Source of the DNA: Chlorobiota bacterium
GTDB lineage: Bacteria; Bacteroidota; Ignavibacteria; Kapaibacteriales; UBA961
Reading direction: 5' to 3'
NCBI GenBank assembly: GCA_039810485.1
Contig: JBDHXA010000004.1
Location: 11,198-75,197, forward strand
DNA length: 64,000 nt
The notes under the pieces: model-generated
What the model saw: the letters and a program-made list of their open reading frames with translations, nothing else
The model's database searches: none
Told to the model about the DNA's origin: nothing
Translations under genes and position numbers: made by a program
Shown here: in pieces, positions 9,449-18,013 of the stretch
Numbering within the stretch: position 1 is the stretch's first letter
Layout: each line of letters starts with the position of its first letter

Positions 9449-9612
9449 AACTGCCTTGCAGAAATACTTGTTACAACGAATAACTTGTCGAGAGAGAGAG
9501 AGAGAGAGTGTGTGTGTGAGTGTGCTTCCGGCTTCTCTCCCGTAGGGAGAGGTTCGGGATTGTCTGCGCCGCGCGGCTGTGAACGCGGCAGCTTAGAGTG
9601 TGTGTTACGCAT
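9445..9612 (-). CDS. SD-led leader ORF (55 aa) spanning the microsatellite; its stop overlaps the fibre B ATG (ATGA)
   Basis: GGAGG-cacacg-ATG; MRNTHSKLPRSQPRGADNPEPLPTGEKPEAHSHTHSLSLSLDKLFVVTSISARQL*; identical copy at 13740-13907. Confidence 0.55.
   Translation of the reverse strand: MRNTHSKLPRSQPRGADNPEPLPTGEKPEAHSHTHSLSLSLDKLFVVTSISARQL
9490..9524 (-). repeat. Compound (CA)n/(CT)9 microsatellite in the leader of fibre B
   Basis: + strand G(AG)9 (TG)5 AG TGTG; 12 nt longer than the equivalent region of copy A. Confidence 0.95.
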
Positions 9613-9815
9613 CGTGTGCCTCCGAAATAGGATACAAAAAAACATAAATGTATAATACGGCTTTTGTTTTCGGCGCTGTTAAGTTTTGTTCTGTGGCTAA
9701 TTTATAGAGAAATTCTAAATTTACCAAATTCTGTCTTGATTTTTTTCTCATCATTATAGTAACACTAATTATTGGAAAACGTATCACAGTTCTTACGATT
9801 TTTCTGGGCAATACG

Positions 9816-9895
9816 CTACCGAAACACAACCGCCTTAGCTACACTGCGTTTGCCGCCAGATGCCGCTTCGACAAAATACACGCCTGCCGGCCAGC
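9816..9895 (-). repeat. T9SS CTD-tail repeat copy 3 (orphan remnant, 8 nt after the lipoprotein stop)
   Basis: Encodes WPAGVYFVEAASGGKRSVAKAVVFR* and is out of frame with the lipoprotein. Confidence 0.9.
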
Positions 9896-9903
9896 CCACC
9901 TTG

Positions 9904-10875
9904 TTATCGCCATTGAATTTGATATGATTGGGGCGCACCGATTATCCAGTCGATAATAATGCTTTCAGCTGGCCCTTTTGCGGCATCGCCACGCACTCTA
10001 CGTAAACCTCGCCAAATTGGAGTAAAGTGTAAATATAATGCAACTCCTTGCCGAAGAGACAAATTCCTTGCTTTGGCATACTCTTTTAGTGATAAGCCAA
10101 TCTTGAAGTATCGTTTTGTTTTATCCCCATTGTCAGGATATGAAGGATATTTATCTTCAAGACAGAAAAAGCCATTCGAATCATATTGCCATGAGCGTGA
10201 AAATAAAACCGTATTTGGAATTTTATTCGCGGATAACGTAGATTGTTCGTTGATGCAAGCCATGTATCCTACAGGTACTTCTTCACGACGATTGGTAAAG
10301 TATGACTCTATAGATGTGGTTATGTTGGCTGTAAAATCGTATAGAGTATCTCGTTTGCTCTCTGTTTTTACGCCGTGGTCATCTACCGAATCCACACGAA
10401 TAATCTCTTTAACAGTAGCTAGAGCACTAACTACCTGCACGGTTGGAGGTAATTCGGCAAGGCGCGGTATAAGAGATGTTGGAATACTTAGCAATGTATC
10501 GGAATATATAGGTCCCATTTGAAGAGTATCTTCTCCTTTAACAACTACCCTATACGCTGTCATAGTATCAAAGCCGGGCGCAGTAAATTGAATGGCGTAT
10601 TTGCCTGAGTCCAGATAGTTTAATTGCCATTTACCCATACTGTCGGTTGTGGTGGAAGCACCTGTTCCGAGAACTGTTACGAGTATTCCGCTATTATCGG
10701 AGTTCTCATATTTTTTGTCGAAAGTATAAAGTAATGCAGAACCTTTAAGAACACTTCTATCGGAAGTTTTCTTTATAGAATCAATTGGACTTGGTTTTGT
10801 TGGGATTGTGTCCTGTTGCATGCAACCAACAAAAATGACAATACTACTGACTGCAAGAAAAGCAAAGTTTTTCAT
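9904..10875 (-). CDS. Lipoprotein with carboxypeptidase-regulatory-like domain; partner of fibre C
   Basis: Lipobox IFVG-C; TTDSMGKWQLNYLDSGKYAIQFTAPGFDT; shares TIPTKP, RxDTxY.F, VGYxACI and LHxxPIW motifs with 559-1563; AGGAG SD. Confidence 0.8.
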   Translation of the reverse strand: MKNFAFLAVSSIVIFVGCMQQDTIPTKPSPIDSIKKTSDRSVLKGSALLYTFDKKYENSDNSGILVTVLGTGASTTTDSMGKWQLNYLDSGKYAIQFTAPGFDTMTAYRVVVKGEDTLQMGPIYSDTLLSIPTSLIPRLAELPPTVQVVSALATVKEIIRVDSVDDHGVKTESKRDTLYDFTANITTSIESYFTNRREEVPVGYMACINEQSTLSANKIPNTVLFSRSWQYDSNGFFCLEDKYPSYPDNGDKTKRYFKIGLSLKEYAKARNLSLRQGVALYLHFTPIWRGLRRVRGDAAKGPAESIIIDWIIGAPQSYQIQWR

Positions 10876-10890
10876 GATGTTCTCCTAAAA

Positions 10891-13743
10891 TTAACGTATG
10901 AGGATCATTTTTTTCGAAGCAAGGACTTTGCCGTTGGCAAGTACCGAGTAGACATATATGCCTATTGTCATATCTTGTGCAGAGATAACAACCTGTGAAG
11001 GAATGCCTTTGATGCAGTCGAACCGCTTGATAACCGATGATTGGTTGGAAGTAGCAACAACAATCTCGGCATTTCCTTGTACCTTTTCAGGTATAAAGTA
11101 TGTGATAGTCGAATTGCCGGCAAAGGGATTGGGAGTATTCTGCTCTAACAGAACATCTATTGCCTCATCAAGCGGCATTTGTTGCTGTGATTCGAGTCGA
11201 GCGACTCGCTGTTCTAATTTTTTCGCAACAAAATGCAGTGAATCTATAGTTTGCTGAAGGATATCTATAGCTGCCGATGCCTCTTTTTTTTGTGCAGTTA
11301 TAGCAGCATCAATTTCTTTAATGGCGTTGACCAAAACATACTTCAGGGCATTTGAGTTGTATGTGAGTATCGCGGCTGATTCAAGTCTGCTTTCGGCAGG
11401 CTCGGTCATCATTCTCTTAACAGGTCGCAGAACTATCGAATCTTTTGTGCCAAAATGACCTATCCCTTCACGCTTTGTGGCATCCTTTACTTGCACAACT
11501 ACTGTATCCACAGCATCAACTTCGTATCGCTTTTCATGCTTGGTAATTATTGTTCGAGAGAGGGTGTCTTCATTGATAGTGTAGGGAAGAATTCTCTGCA
11601 TTTCTTGTGCAAGAATCCCGACTTGTTTATCAAAACTTTCAAATCCAAATTCTCCGTTATATTTGAACCAAATCGGATTTATCATTCGGATTTTATCGAG
11701 GCCGTCTCGAAAAGGCGCAATATCTTTTTTATAACGCTCATCCGAAGCAATGACCCAGGTGTCGGTGCCGTCTGACTTAATAGCTCGACCATTGACATGT
11801 AGTAATAGGTCTTGTGGTCGCGTCGTATAAGTTTCGCTCGGATCTAGTAGAGAATTTCGCCCTATTACAACTTTCTCCTCCACCATGAGGTCGATGCTTG
11901 GATCGGCAATTGGACCAGTGGGATTATTCCAAATAATTACCCTGTTATCATCAGTAATTTGATCAGTAGAACTCCTACTCGTAACACTCAGCGCTTCATG
12001 AGGTGAATACGTTCCAATACCGACATTTTTTTCGGCAACGAGGGAGATTTTAGACGCATTAGGATGCGGATCATCTAATGCTTGTGAGCCGGACCATCCT
12101 ATGACTACATTACCGTTAACGCCAAGTGTATTTTCTGGATATAGTGTGCCTATTCCAACACGGGGGACCGGACGCGATGCTTGCCCGTGGTAGCTTGCAT
12201 TTGCATAAGAAATATATGCACCCCAAGCATCGTTCACACCCATCAAAATTGAGTTTTCGTTGTTATTTTCCAATGGACCGATACCCATGCACATAGAGTT
12301 TTCTGCATTTGCGGTACAGCCATATCCGAATGTGTAAGAGGTTGCTTTCTTTGAACTGTTAAATGCGCCTATTGCCATGGCATTTTTTGCAAAGGCATTG
12401 CATTCGCGCCCAAAAATTTGGGCGCACTGCCCGTATGCTCTGTTGCTATAACCCATCGCGAAGGCATCTTCCCCTGATGCGCGATTCGCGTGGCCGATAG
12501 CAACTGCGCCGTGTTTGTCGCCTGAATTTGATAAATTATTGAAGCCGAGAGCAATGTCGTAAGAACCGCTCGCTCTGGAGCTATACCCAAAAGCAAAGGA
12601 ATTAAAACCAATATAAGCATCATCCCAACTTTTTGTTTTATCAAAATTAGGTTCCGGGTCGTGGTTGCCGTCGCTTGCTGTTCCCACAATCCCCGCCCGA
12701 AACGCTGCCTTTTCCGGTATCCACATTAGGCGTGTTCCAGCACCTATTTCATCAAACTGCCAATCTGTGTTGTCAGGATCGTTATTCAGATCTTTCCATC
12801 TTTTCGGCGTAGAACCGGAAGCTCCCTCGAACAGCAATGCTCCATCAGTTACATGCAGCTTTGCAGACGGCCATTCCTGATTTATCCCCACATCGCCATT
12901 GCTCAGGATTTTCATGCGCGTTACCGGTTTTTCCGTGCCGATGCGGTTTGTATAGTCGCTGCTGTTTTCCGTAGAAACGCCCGCGCGGAAGCGTAGCGAG
13001 CTTACACCGGGAATATCATGATAGGCGCCGTTTTCCAGCCACCATGCCCAAGAACTGACATTAGGACAATCTAAATCACTGCCGCTGGCTCGGTATAAGC
13101 GAAGGGAGGGATCGGACGTCGAACTTGTCTTGCTAACATTAACGGCTGATGATAATGTTATTTTCGGCATATTGCAATTCCACCCCCGAAGATTGATGTC
13201 GAACATCCCAGCCGGTTGGGATGTATTTATTCCTATTTTACCTTCAGGCGTCATGGTAAAACGTTCTATGTTGGCTCCCGACGCCGGTTCGGTTGTGGCA
13301 AATCGCAAAAAGCCAGTTGAGCTGCGAGTGGTCAGAATCAAATCACCATAGCCGCCCGCTGCTATTGGCGGTTCTCCGGCTTGCAGAATCAAATCGCCAT
13401 TTGTTGCATTTTGCACGGGCAATGTATATCCTCCGCCTATAATAGGACGTATCAGAGAATAATCGTAACATCCGCCGTACATGATTGTGTTATCAGGCGT
13501 AAGCAACGAGAGATGGCCGGCATAGAGAAAACCTTCTGCATTTCCGCTGGCGCCATAGCTCAATCGAATTGTGGGGTCGCCGCCATTGGGATATATAATT
13601 GACGGGGCGGCATGCACGTTGAGCTTCTTCTGAGGATTGTTTGTTCCAATGCCAATGTATGCAGCAACCGGCCATGGAAATGTATTATTCTGTGCACAAA
13701 TCTCTGCAAACGGCGTTGCAAACATCATAGCAACAACAATCAT
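10891..13743 (-). CDS. Tail-fibre/adhesin-like protein C with S74 chaperone and T9SS CTD
   Basis: Same signal peptide as B but divergent N-terminal domain; YadA-like repeats; SDERYKKD S74 motif; LEQNTPNPF...KKMILIR CTD. Confidence 0.85.
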   Translation of the reverse strand: MIVVAMMFATPFAEICAQNNTFPWPVAAYIGIGTNNPQKKLNVHAAPSIIYPNGGDPTIRLSYGASGNAEGFLYAGHLSLLTPDNTIMYGGCYDYSLIRPIIGGGYTLPVQNATNGDLILQAGEPPIAAGGYGDLILTTRSSTGFLRFATTEPASGANIERFTMTPEGKIGINTSQPAGMFDINLRGWNCNMPKITLSSAVNVSKTSSTSDPSLRLYRASGSDLDCPNVSSWAWWLENGAYHDIPGVSSLRFRAGVSTENSSDYTNRIGTEKPVTRMKILSNGDVGINQEWPSAKLHVTDGALLFEGASGSTPKRWKDLNNDPDNTDWQFDEIGAGTRLMWIPEKAAFRAGIVGTASDGNHDPEPNFDKTKSWDDAYIGFNSFAFGYSSRASGSYDIALGFNNLSNSGDKHGAVAIGHANRASGEDAFAMGYSNRAYGQCAQIFGRECNAFAKNAMAIGAFNSSKKATSYTFGYGCTANAENSMCMGIGPLENNNENSILMGVNDAWGAYISYANASYHGQASRPVPRVGIGTLYPENTLGVNGNVVIGWSGSQALDDPHPNASKISLVAEKNVGIGTYSPHEALSVTSRSSTDQITDDNRVIIWNNPTGPIADPSIDLMVEEKVVIGRNSLLDPSETYTTRPQDLLLHVNGRAIKSDGTDTWVIASDERYKKDIAPFRDGLDKIRMINPIWFKYNGEFGFESFDKQVGILAQEMQRILPYTINEDTLSRTIITKHEKRYEVDAVDTVVVQVKDATKREGIGHFGTKDSIVLRPVKRMMTEPAESRLESAAILTYNSNALKYVLVNAIKEIDAAITAQKKEASAAIDILQQTIDSLHFVAKKLEQRVARLESQQQMPLDEAIDVLLEQNTPNPFAGNSTITYFIPEKVQGNAEIVVATSNQSSVIKRFDCIKGIPSQVVISAQDMTIGIYVYSVLANGKVLASKKMILIR

Positions 13744-13907
13744 AACTGCCTTGCAGAAATACTTGTTACAACGAATAACTTGTCGAGAGAGAGAGAGAGA
13801 GAGTGTGTGTGTGAGTGTGCTTCCGGCTTCTCTCCCGTAGGGAGAGGTTCGGGATTGTCTGCGCCGCGCGGCTGTGAACGCGGCAGCTTAGAGTGTGTGT
13901 TACGCAT
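13740..13907 (-). CDS. SD-led leader ORF (55 aa) overlapping the fibre C start
   Basis: Identical to 9445-9612, with the same ATGA overlap. Confidence 0.55.
   Translation of the reverse strand: MRNTHSKLPRSQPRGADNPEPLPTGEKPEAHSHTHSLSLSLDKLFVVTSISARQL
13785..13819 (-). repeat. Compound (CA)n/(CT)9 microsatellite in the leader of fibre C
   Basis: + strand G(AG)9 (TG)5 AG TGTG, identical to copy B. Confidence 0.95.
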
Positions 13908-14048
13908 CGTGTGCCTCCGAAATAGGATACAAAAAAACATAAATGTATAATACGGCTTTTGTTTTCGGTGCTGTTAAGTTTTATTCTGCGCTTAATTTAT
14001 AGAGAAATTCTAAATTTACCAAATTCTGTCTTGATTTTTTTCTCATCA

Positions 14049-14426
14049 TTATAGTAACACTAAATTATTGGAAAACGTATCATAGTTCTTACGATTTTTC
14101 TGGGCAATATGCTGCCGAAACACAACCGACTTAGCCACACTGCGTTTGCCGCCAGATGCCGCTTCGACAAAATACACGCCTGCGGACCGACCGCTGGTAG
14201 AAATTTTGCCACCCGCACCTGCGTAGAGCAGCTTGCCGAAAATGTCGCGAACGGCAATGGTTGCACCTGCGGGCGCGGAAACATCAAAACGCTCGCTGAC
14301 AGGGTTGGGCTTTATTAGTAAATCTGAATTTAGATTTTGATTTTCTTCTGGCGGATTCATCTGATATTCGGACTTATGATTTGCGGTAAATTCTAAAATA
14401 ATGAATAAACGAGCGCAGTCAATCAA
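14049..14426 (-). pseudogene. Orphan T9SS CTD (truncated gene remnant); CTD-tail copy 4
   Basis: IKPNPVSERFDVSAPAGATIAVRDIFGKLLYAG...SAGVYFVEAASGGKRSVAKSVVFR is homologous to the end of 4931-6514. No signal peptide, and the TAG of the other copies is CAG here, giving read-through. Confidence 0.7.
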
Positions 14427-14692
14427 TAAAAATATCTGCGCGGTTTGATAATGTCAGTCAATATTAATTTAGATTTTAAATGCTGATTTACCAGCATGAC
14501 AAATCTGTAGTCTTGCATGAGGAAGAAGCAACGGAATTTGACATGTCGTCGTTATGTTGTTGAAAGCATACACCAACTGTTTTCAAAAGAAAATTCAGTC
14601 ATAGTTTGTATGGTTTCTGCATAATCCTGAATTTTGCGAGTTCCATTTACAATATTCCTTTCATTCTGTAATATTCTATTCCAACGAACTCC

Positions 14693-17600
14693 ATGACAAG
14701 CAAATTATTGCGTCAAATTTTATTTGTTCTTATTGCGCTCTTTTTCTCAAACACTGCGTTTCTATCGGCGCAAAAAACTGTGCAGACGACAGCAATAGAC
14801 GGGTTGCGCGACAAAGTTGCATCATATTTCGCCATAACAAATGTTACATTAATCCCCGAACCAAATACAATCATTCAGAATGCCGTTGTCATTATTCGCA
14901 ACGGCATAATTGAGGCGGCAGGCGCAAATATTGCCATTCCGTCTGGAGTTTCTGTGCGCGATGGCAAAGGATTGTGGGTGTATGCTGCTTTTATCGAGCC
15001 GTATTCTGAATTGGGAATTGGTAAAAAAACTGTGCAAAAAACCGGTTTTTCTGCTGAATTCGATGACGATCAAATTGATCAGCCGCTGCCTGCGAATAGA
15101 GGTGCGCGCTATTGGAACGAGGCAATACATCCCGAAAATCGTGCCGCCGAATCGGCTTCATTCGACAATGAAACCGCTGAATCGCTTCTTAATGCCGGCT
15201 TTGCGCTAGCGCAAATCAACTCTTCCGACGGCATAATGCGCGGTTCGTCAGCAATTGTGTTTGCAAGAGCCGGGAACGCCAATCAAATCATTGCCAAAGC
15301 CGATGCAAGCCACGTTCTTTCTTTTCGCAAGGGAAGCTCGCGAAATTCATATCCAAGCTCGATGATGGGAAGTATTGCGCTCATTCGTCAGGCATTTTCA
15401 GATGCATTATGGTATTCGGCTGCGCAATTCGCCTATCACCAAAATCCTTTATTGGCAATTCCGGAAACAAATCTTTCGTTAGAAGCTCTTTCTCAGGCGA
15501 TAGCGGCTAAAAAACCATGGATTTTCCATACTAACAATGAAAACACTCTGCTTCGTGGAAGCAGAATTGCTCAAGAGTTCAATCTGCCCTTTGTGTATTT
15601 GGGAAGCGGTCGCGAATATCGCCGCCTTTCAAGCATAGCGCCGTTGAAACCGCGGATAATACTGCCGGTAAATTTTCCATCTGCGCCCGATGTGTCAACT
15701 CCGCAAAAAGCTTTAGATGTTTCATTAGCCGATCTCAAGTACTGGGATGCCGCGCCTGCCAATCCAATGCGGCTAGATTCTGTCGGCATACGATTTGCCT
15801 TCACTTCCTACGGACTTAAAGACAAAGCCGAATTTTTGAAAAATATTCGCAAAGCTGTGCAATATGGCCTCTCTCCTGCAAAAGCCCTTGCCTCTTTGAC
15901 GACGATTTCGGCTGAATTTTGTGGAATTAGCGACAATGCAGGAACTATTAAAGCCGGGAAATGGGCAAATCTATTAGTTGCCGACGGAGATATTTTCGAT
16001 GCCAAAACTACAATTCGATCTGTTTATGTAGCAGGCGAGGAAAACGTTGTGAATCGGATGCCGGAAAATGACGTAAGAGGTTATTGGACATATAATATCG
16101 AAAACATGCCTTCGCTTCGTGTAGCACTGACGGGAAAATCTTCCGCACCCGATGTTGAAATCAAAAAAGATACACTGAAACTTAATGCCAAATTTTCGAC
16201 AAATGAACGACAAATAGCGCTTTCTTTTACCGGCGATCCGCTCGGCATTGCTGGTGTCCTTCGACTATCCGGTTGGATGGATACTATTGCAGGGAAAGGA
16301 ATTGCACTATTTCCAGATGGAGCGCAGCGCCGTTGGACAGCAGTTCGAGACAGCGCTTATATATTCAATCCGGCCGTTGCGGACACACAAATTTTACATC
16401 CGGCATTCGGCATATTGCAGCCCGATGGACCTTATGGCTTCGAGCATATTCCGCAACAGAAAAGCGTGCTTTTTAAAAATGCCACAGTTTGGACAAGCGC
16501 GAAAGATGGCATACTCCAAAATACCGATGTTTTAATTTCCGACGGTAAAATTGCGGCAATTGGAAAAAAAATTGCTAAATCTGCAGACACTATAATTGAT
16601 GCGACAGGGCTTCATCTCACCGCTGGAATAGTAGACGAACATTCGCACATTGCCATCGAAGGCGGCGTAAATGAAGGGACTCATGCAATAACTCCGGAAG
16701 TTCGTATCGGCGATGTTATAGACCCTGACGACATGATTATTTACCGCCAGCTCTCGTCAGGCGTAACAAGCTCTCACACTTTGCACGGCTCGGCAAATCC
16801 CATTGGCGGACAAGTTCAATTTATAAAACTTCGCTGGGGCGCTGATTCCGAAGGATTGAAATTCAACGACGTTCCTCCCACAATTAAATTCGCATTAGGC
16901 GAAAATGTGAAACAATCTAATTGGGGCGAGCATTTTACAACACGCTATCCTCAAACGCGCATGGGAGTTAAAGAAATCATGGAAGATGCTTTTCGCGCCG
17001 CGCTCGAGTACGAAAAAGAACAAAAAGTCGGAAAGCGGAAAGATGGGCTGCCATTTCGACGCGATTATCAGCTTGATGCTTTGCTTGAAGTACTACATGG
17101 AAAGCGATTAGTGCATTGCCACTCGTATGTGCAAAGTGAAATCCTTATGTTGATTCGACTAGCCGAAGAATTTGGCTTCAAAATTCAAACGTTCACTCAT
17201 GTGCTCGAAGGGTATAAAGTTGCGCGAGAAATAGCTCTGCATGGAGCAAGTGCCTCTACATTTGCTGATTGGTGGGCATACAAATTTGAAGTTTATGATG
17301 CTATTCCGCAAAATGCCGCTATAATGCACGAACAAGGAGTGCTGACCTCTATTAACAGCGACGATGGCGAAATGGGCAGACGGCTAAATCAAGAAGCGGC
17401 TAAGTCAATAAAATATGGAGGTTTATCCGAAGATGAAGCTATTAAGCTATGCACGATAAATCCCGCCAAGCAAATGAAATCTGACTCACGCATCGGTTCA
17501 ATAGAAATAGGCAAAGATGCCGATCTTGCCCTATGGACAGGCAATCCTCTTTCTAATTTTTCTCGCGTAGAGCAAACTTATATTGAGGGACGAAAGTATT

Positions 17601-17788
17601 TTGACCGCAATACCGATGCTAAGCTCCGAGAGCGCGACTCCTTCATTCGCGCTTCGCTGGAGCAGCGCGCCATGGCCGTAGTCCAAACGGGATCTCCGGT
17701 CGCAAAACGCTCATCGCTTACTCCGAAACATGCATATAATTGCGAAGATAATGCAGATGAAATGAAGGGAAATTATTATGAGGAATAA
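14693..17788 (+). CDS. Exported amidohydrolase-family protein with two tandem amidohydrolase domains
   Basis: Signal peptide; second domain has GIVDEHSH metal motif, HCHSY, INSDD and TINPA...GSIEIGKDADL; first domain has FIEPYS in place of the His motif. Confidence 0.85.
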   Translation: MTSKLLRQILFVLIALFFSNTAFLSAQKTVQTTAIDGLRDKVASYFAITNVTLIPEPNTIIQNAVVIIRNGIIEAAGANIAIPSGVSVRDGKGLWVYAAFIEPYSELGIGKKTVQKTGFSAEFDDDQIDQPLPANRGARYWNEAIHPENRAAESASFDNETAESLLNAGFALAQINSSDGIMRGSSAIVFARAGNANQIIAKADASHVLSFRKGSSRNSYPSSMMGSIALIRQAFSDALWYSAAQFAYHQNPLLAIPETNLSLEALSQAIAAKKPWIFHTNNENTLLRGSRIAQEFNLPFVYLGSGREYRRLSSIAPLKPRIILPVNFPSAPDVSTPQKALDVSLADLKYWDAAPANPMRLDSVGIRFAFTSYGLKDKAEFLKNIRKAVQYGLSPAKALASLTTISAEFCGISDNAGTIKAGKWANLLVADGDIFDAKTTIRSVYVAGEENVVNRMPENDVRGYWTYNIENMPSLRVALTGKSSAPDVEIKKDTLKLNAKFSTNERQIALSFTGDPLGIAGVLRLSGWMDTIAGKGIALFPDGAQRRWTAVRDSAYIFNPAVADTQILHPAFGILQPDGPYGFEHIPQQKSVLFKNATVWTSAKDGILQNTDVLISDGKIAAIGKKIAKSADTIIDATGLHLTAGIVDEHSHIAIEGGVNEGTHAITPEVRIGDVIDPDDMIIYRQLSSGVTSSHTLHGSANPIGGQVQFIKLRWGADSEGLKFNDVPPTIKFALGENVKQSNWGEHFTTRYPQTRMGVKEIMEDAFRAALEYEKEQKVGKRKDGLPFRRDYQLDALLEVLHGKRLVHCHSYVQSEILMLIRLAEEFGFKIQTFTHVLEGYKVAREIALHGASASTFADWWAYKFEVYDAIPQNAAIMHEQGVLTSINSDDGEMGRRLNQEAAKSIKYGGLSEDEAIKLCTINPAKQMKSDSRIGSIEIGKDADLALWTGNPLSNFSRVEQTYIEGRKYFDRNTDAKLRERDSFIRASLEQRAMAVVQTGSPVAKRSSLTPKHAYNCEDNADEMKGNYYEE

Positions 17789-18013
17789 TATTCATCCATA
17801 GATTATTTTCGGCGCATCTTCATCAAACAACTTGATGCATTTGCAGAGATAACAACAAACTATCTACAACTACCGCATGATAGAACTGCTTATTCTTTGC
17901 GTTGCGGCTGCCAATGGGCTAATCAGCATAATTTAACTATATTTGCCGTTCTTTAACATTAAATTTTACCGCAATTATTGCCACTTTGCAAAGCAATTAT
18001 TGCTTACTGAAGA

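Larger units (their letters stand above)
13686..14182. repeat. About 0.5 kb leader repeat shared with 9391-9887 and about 4523-5001
   Basis: Near-identical DNA at an offset of about 4295 from copy B, covering signal-peptide codons, microsatellite, SD, intergenic region and CTD tail. Confidence 0.95.

Noticed and set aside
3604-9895. Diversity-generating retroelement template/variable repeat pair
   Set aside because: No reverse transcriptase is in the window. The repeat is 1.4 kb at the 5' end of the genes, and its few differences are not confined to adenines.
9816-9906. Stop-codon read-through adding a CTD tail to the lipoprotein
   Set aside because: The tail is out of frame with the lipoprotein stop and covers only the last third of a CTD.
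1581-13743. Prophage or tailocin (because of tail-fibre chaperone domains)
   Set aside because: No capsid, terminase, sheath, baseplate, lysis or integrase genes are present. The proteins carry Sec signal peptides and T9SS CTDs.
410-14182. Integron attC sites or invertible shufflon repeats
   Set aside because: The boundary repeats are all in direct orientation, derive from coding sequence and are not palindromic. No recombinase is nearby.
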